Source of the DNA: Escherichia coli
Lineage (GTDB): Bacteria; Pseudomonadota; Gammaproteobacteria; Enterobacterales; Enterobacteriaceae
Strand: one strand, 5' to 3'
Length of the DNA: 1,340 nucleotides
Assembly (NCBI RefSeq): GCF_003334335.1
Contig: NZ_QOWQ01000109.1
Part shown: positions 1-1,340 of the stretch, piece after piece
Position numbering within the stretch: the stretch's first letter is position 1
Layout: every line of letters starts with the position of its first letter
Notes under the pieces: generated by a model
What the model was told of the DNA's origin: nothing
Database searches by the model: none
What the model saw: only the letters and a program-made list of their open reading frames with translations
Translations under genes and position numbers: made by a program

Positions 1-1
1 C

Positions 2-24
2 CATAAGCGCTAACTTAAGGGTTG
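2..24. repeat. Terminal inverted repeat, transposase-distal end (IRR), 23 bp
   Basis: Bases 2-24 are an exact reverse complement of 1318-1340. The match breaks immediately inward (gaacca on this side versus gtggta on the other). Confidence 0.9.
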
Positions 25-172
25 AACCATCTGAAGAATGCGACGCCTCGGTGCCTCGTTAAGACGATGCCTCGCGTTCTTCAATTGCGTTTTGTAGGCT
101 GTCAGGGATACTGTCCCACGAATGGCCACCTGTAAGCTCCAGATGACCATTTTTGTTATTCTCCACAACGAG

Positions 173-1285
173 TTAGTTCTTCTTTTCGGATCCGGCACTT
201 CTGGGGGGGAAATCCAGCGATGGCTGGATTATGTCGTCAATTAAAAATGCGGCGAGTAGATTAGCAAATATCCACGCTTTCGCGAGTTCAGGTTCCTTTG
301 CACGCAAAGCATCCAGGTGCAGCAAACTTTTGAGCCGCTTAAAAGCCAGTTCAATTTGCCATCGCAGACGGTAACAATCAGCCACTTGCTCTGCTGAATA
401 TTCATCTTCCGGTAATGATGTTAGCAATAGCACATGGCCCGCTGCTTCCAGCGTTTCCGCCTGAACTACTCGTCCTTTTCGACGATTCTCGCTGAGCAGT
501 CGGGTTTTACTGATTAATGCTTTTTCGGGAGGAAGTGATACGGCAATGAGACGTGCCGGAAAGGGAGCTCCGGCTTTTTTATTACCTGAATTGCCTATCA
601 TTACAGTGGTTTCACCGTTCTTACCGCAATCCAGCCCGCGCAGAAAACCCATCATGTCAAAGCGCATTCCTTCTGCAGTTAACCAGCGCAATCCTCGCCA
701 GTGAACCCGGACGATATAATCAGCTTCTCCAAAAGCAAGTGAGCGGATACATTCGGGACGCGAACCGAATCCCCGGTCAGCAATGCGTATCTCGTCTGCC
801 GTTTGCGCAAATCGGTCCAGCCGTTCAGCGTCTCTGCTGTCGGTTAGCTCAAAATCAGTGAACTGACAGGTATGAGGATCATATCCCATATGTAGTCGCC
901 ATTCAGCGCTGCCGCCCCCGGGCGCACTGATTGCTGTTCCATCGACAAGACGCAATCTCTTTCCGCTTGTACAACCCGTAACTGCGGCGCGTACAGCAAG
1001 TGTTTGTGCGGCAAGTATGCCAAACCAGTCGGCGGCATTCCGCAGCCGCTTCAGGAGAGCCACGTCAGATAATGTTGCAACGTCATGGAGCTGAGCCCAT
1101 GCAGTGACTTCACGTAATGACATCCCCCCGGGGCCGTAAGCCAGCCCCAGACGTAGCAGAGTTGCAGCATCACGAATTTCGCGGCGGCGGGTTAGAGCCC
1201 CGGCATTACGTGCCGAAGTATCCAGTTCTTCGGGCTTACCAATATGGGCCAGAATTGCTGACCAGTTATCGTGAGAGTAATTCAT
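173..1285 (-). CDS. insL: IS186 transposase InsL, IS4-family DDE transposase, 370 aa
   Basis: Continuous minus-strand ORF with TAA stop at 173-175. The track starts it at a GTG (1289-1291); I prefer the in-frame ATG at 1283-1285, which gives MNYSHDNW... and 370 aa. IS4-family motifs are present: VDGT (D codon 941-943), ADRGF (D codon 776-778), and YRLRWQIELAFKRLK (E codon 350-352). The ORF fills the space between the two terminal repeats. Confidence 0.93.
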   Translation of the reverse strand: MNYSHDNWSAILAHIGKPEELDTSARNAGALTRRREIRDAATLLRLGLAYGPGGMSLREVTAWAQLHDVATLSDVALLKRLRNAADWFGILAAQTLAVRAAVTGCTSGKRLRLVDGTAISAPGGGSAEWRLHMGYDPHTCQFTDFELTDSRDAERLDRFAQTADEIRIADRGFGSRPECIRSLAFGEADYIVRVHWRGLRWLTAEGMRFDMMGFLRGLDCGKNGETTVMIGNSGNKKAGAPFPARLIAVSLPPEKALISKTRLLSENRRKGRVVQAETLEAAGHVLLLTSLPEDEYSAEQVADCYRLRWQIELAFKRLKSLLHLDALRAKEPELAKAWIFANLLAAFLIDDIIQPSLDFPPRSAGSEKKN

Positions 1286-1296
1286 CGGCACGTTAA

Positions 1297-1327
1297 ATCA
1301 TATCAGGCGTAATACCACAACCCTTAA
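1297..1327 (-). promoter_or_regulatory. Candidate transposase promoter: extended -10 (TGaTATGAT) with weak -35 overlapping the terminal repeat
   Basis: On the minus strand, TATGAT (1302..1297) is immediately preceded by TGa (1305..1303), an extended -10 pattern about 11 bp upstream of the ATG. The only -35-like hexamers (TTAAGG at 1327..1322, AAGGGT at 1325..1320) are poor and lie inside the terminal repeat. No clear Shine-Dalgarno precedes the ATG. Prediction by eye only. Confidence 0.3.
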
Positions 1328-1340
1328 GTTAGCGCTTATG
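1318..1340. repeat. Terminal inverted repeat, transposase-proximal end (IRL), 23 bp
   Basis: Reverse complement of 1318-1340 is CATAAGCGCTAACTTAAGGGTTG, identical to 2-24. It lies 32 bp upstream of the transposase ATG on the minus strand. Confidence 0.9.

Larger units (their letters stand above)
1..1340 (-). mobile_element. IS186 insertion sequence (IS4 family), complete copy, transposase on minus strand
   Basis: Perfect 23-bp terminal inverted repeats (2-24 CATAAGCGCTAACTTAAGGGTTG; reverse complement of 1318-1340 is identical) bracket a single transposase ORF. Layout is 55 bp leader + 1113 bp CDS + 172 bp tail, giving the ~1.34 kb size expected for IS186. Identification rests on recalled sequence, not a search. 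Position 1 (c) lies outside the perfect repeat and may be flank or part of the end. Confidence 0.92.

Noticed and set aside
121-154. Possible hairpin plus T-run (aatggcc...gaccatt followed by tttt) resembling a plus-strand intrinsic terminator
   Set aside because: The stem is short and imperfect (C-A mismatch), AT-rich, and has a 15-nt loop. It does not meet usual terminator criteria and is on the strand opposite the transposase.
10-198. Minus-strand ORF of 62 aa overlapping the transposase 3' end and the non-coding tail
   Set aside because: It starts at a GTG with no ribosome-binding site, overlaps the transposase stop, and runs to the terminal repeat. The product is low-complexity and basic. 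It is not credible as an independent gene and is considered only as a possible frameshift tail in the findings.
553-861. Plus-strand ORF of 102 aa
   Set aside because: Lies entirely antisense within the transposase CDS. It has no recognisable domain, and its composition (Arg/Leu/Ser/Cys-rich) is typical of an antisense reading of a GC-rich gene. There are no independent start signals.
844-1038. Minus-strand ORF of 64 aa
   Set aside because: Same strand as the transposase but in a different frame, and completely nested within it. It is an alternative-frame artefact.
914-1134. GC palindromes CCCCCGGG (915-922) and CCCCCCGGGG (1124-1133) as possible IS186 target-like or regulatory sites
   Set aside because: Both lie in-frame within the transposase and simply encode the PGG/GPGG motifs. 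The recalled IS186 target pattern is a G-run, a spacer and then a C-run, which these do not match.
1286-1340. Outward-facing plus-strand promoter at the transposase-proximal end
   Set aside because: Only weak -10-like hexamers (TAATAC, TAAGTT) are present, with no usable -35. Sequence support is insufficient.
1-1340. CRISPR array, tRNA/rRNA, or a defence or toxin-antitoxin module
   Set aside because: No spaced direct repeats, no cloverleaf-compatible segments, and no second credible ORF. The window is fully accounted for by the insertion sequence.

Overview
The whole window is a single, apparently complete copy of the known E. coli insertion sequence IS186 (IS4 family), presented in reverse orientation; I find no novel system here. 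Perfect 23-bp terminal inverted repeats sit at 2-24 and 1318-1340. One long minus-strand ORF (173..1285, 370 aa from the ATG) encodes the DDE transposase InsL; I recognise its N-terminus (MNYSHDNWSAILAHIGKPEEL...) from memory, not from a database search. The IS4-family catalytic motifs are intact: D in VDGT, D in ADRGF, and E in the Y-x2-R-x3-E-x-K block. The window ends exactly at the element ends, so the target site and genomic context cannot be assessed. The other three ORFs in the track are overlapping-frame or antisense artefacts. Minor points worth a look are a candidate extended -10 promoter abutting the transposase-proximal repeat, a G7 homopolymer near the transposase 3' end, and three GCCTCG direct repeats in the 172-bp non-coding tail.
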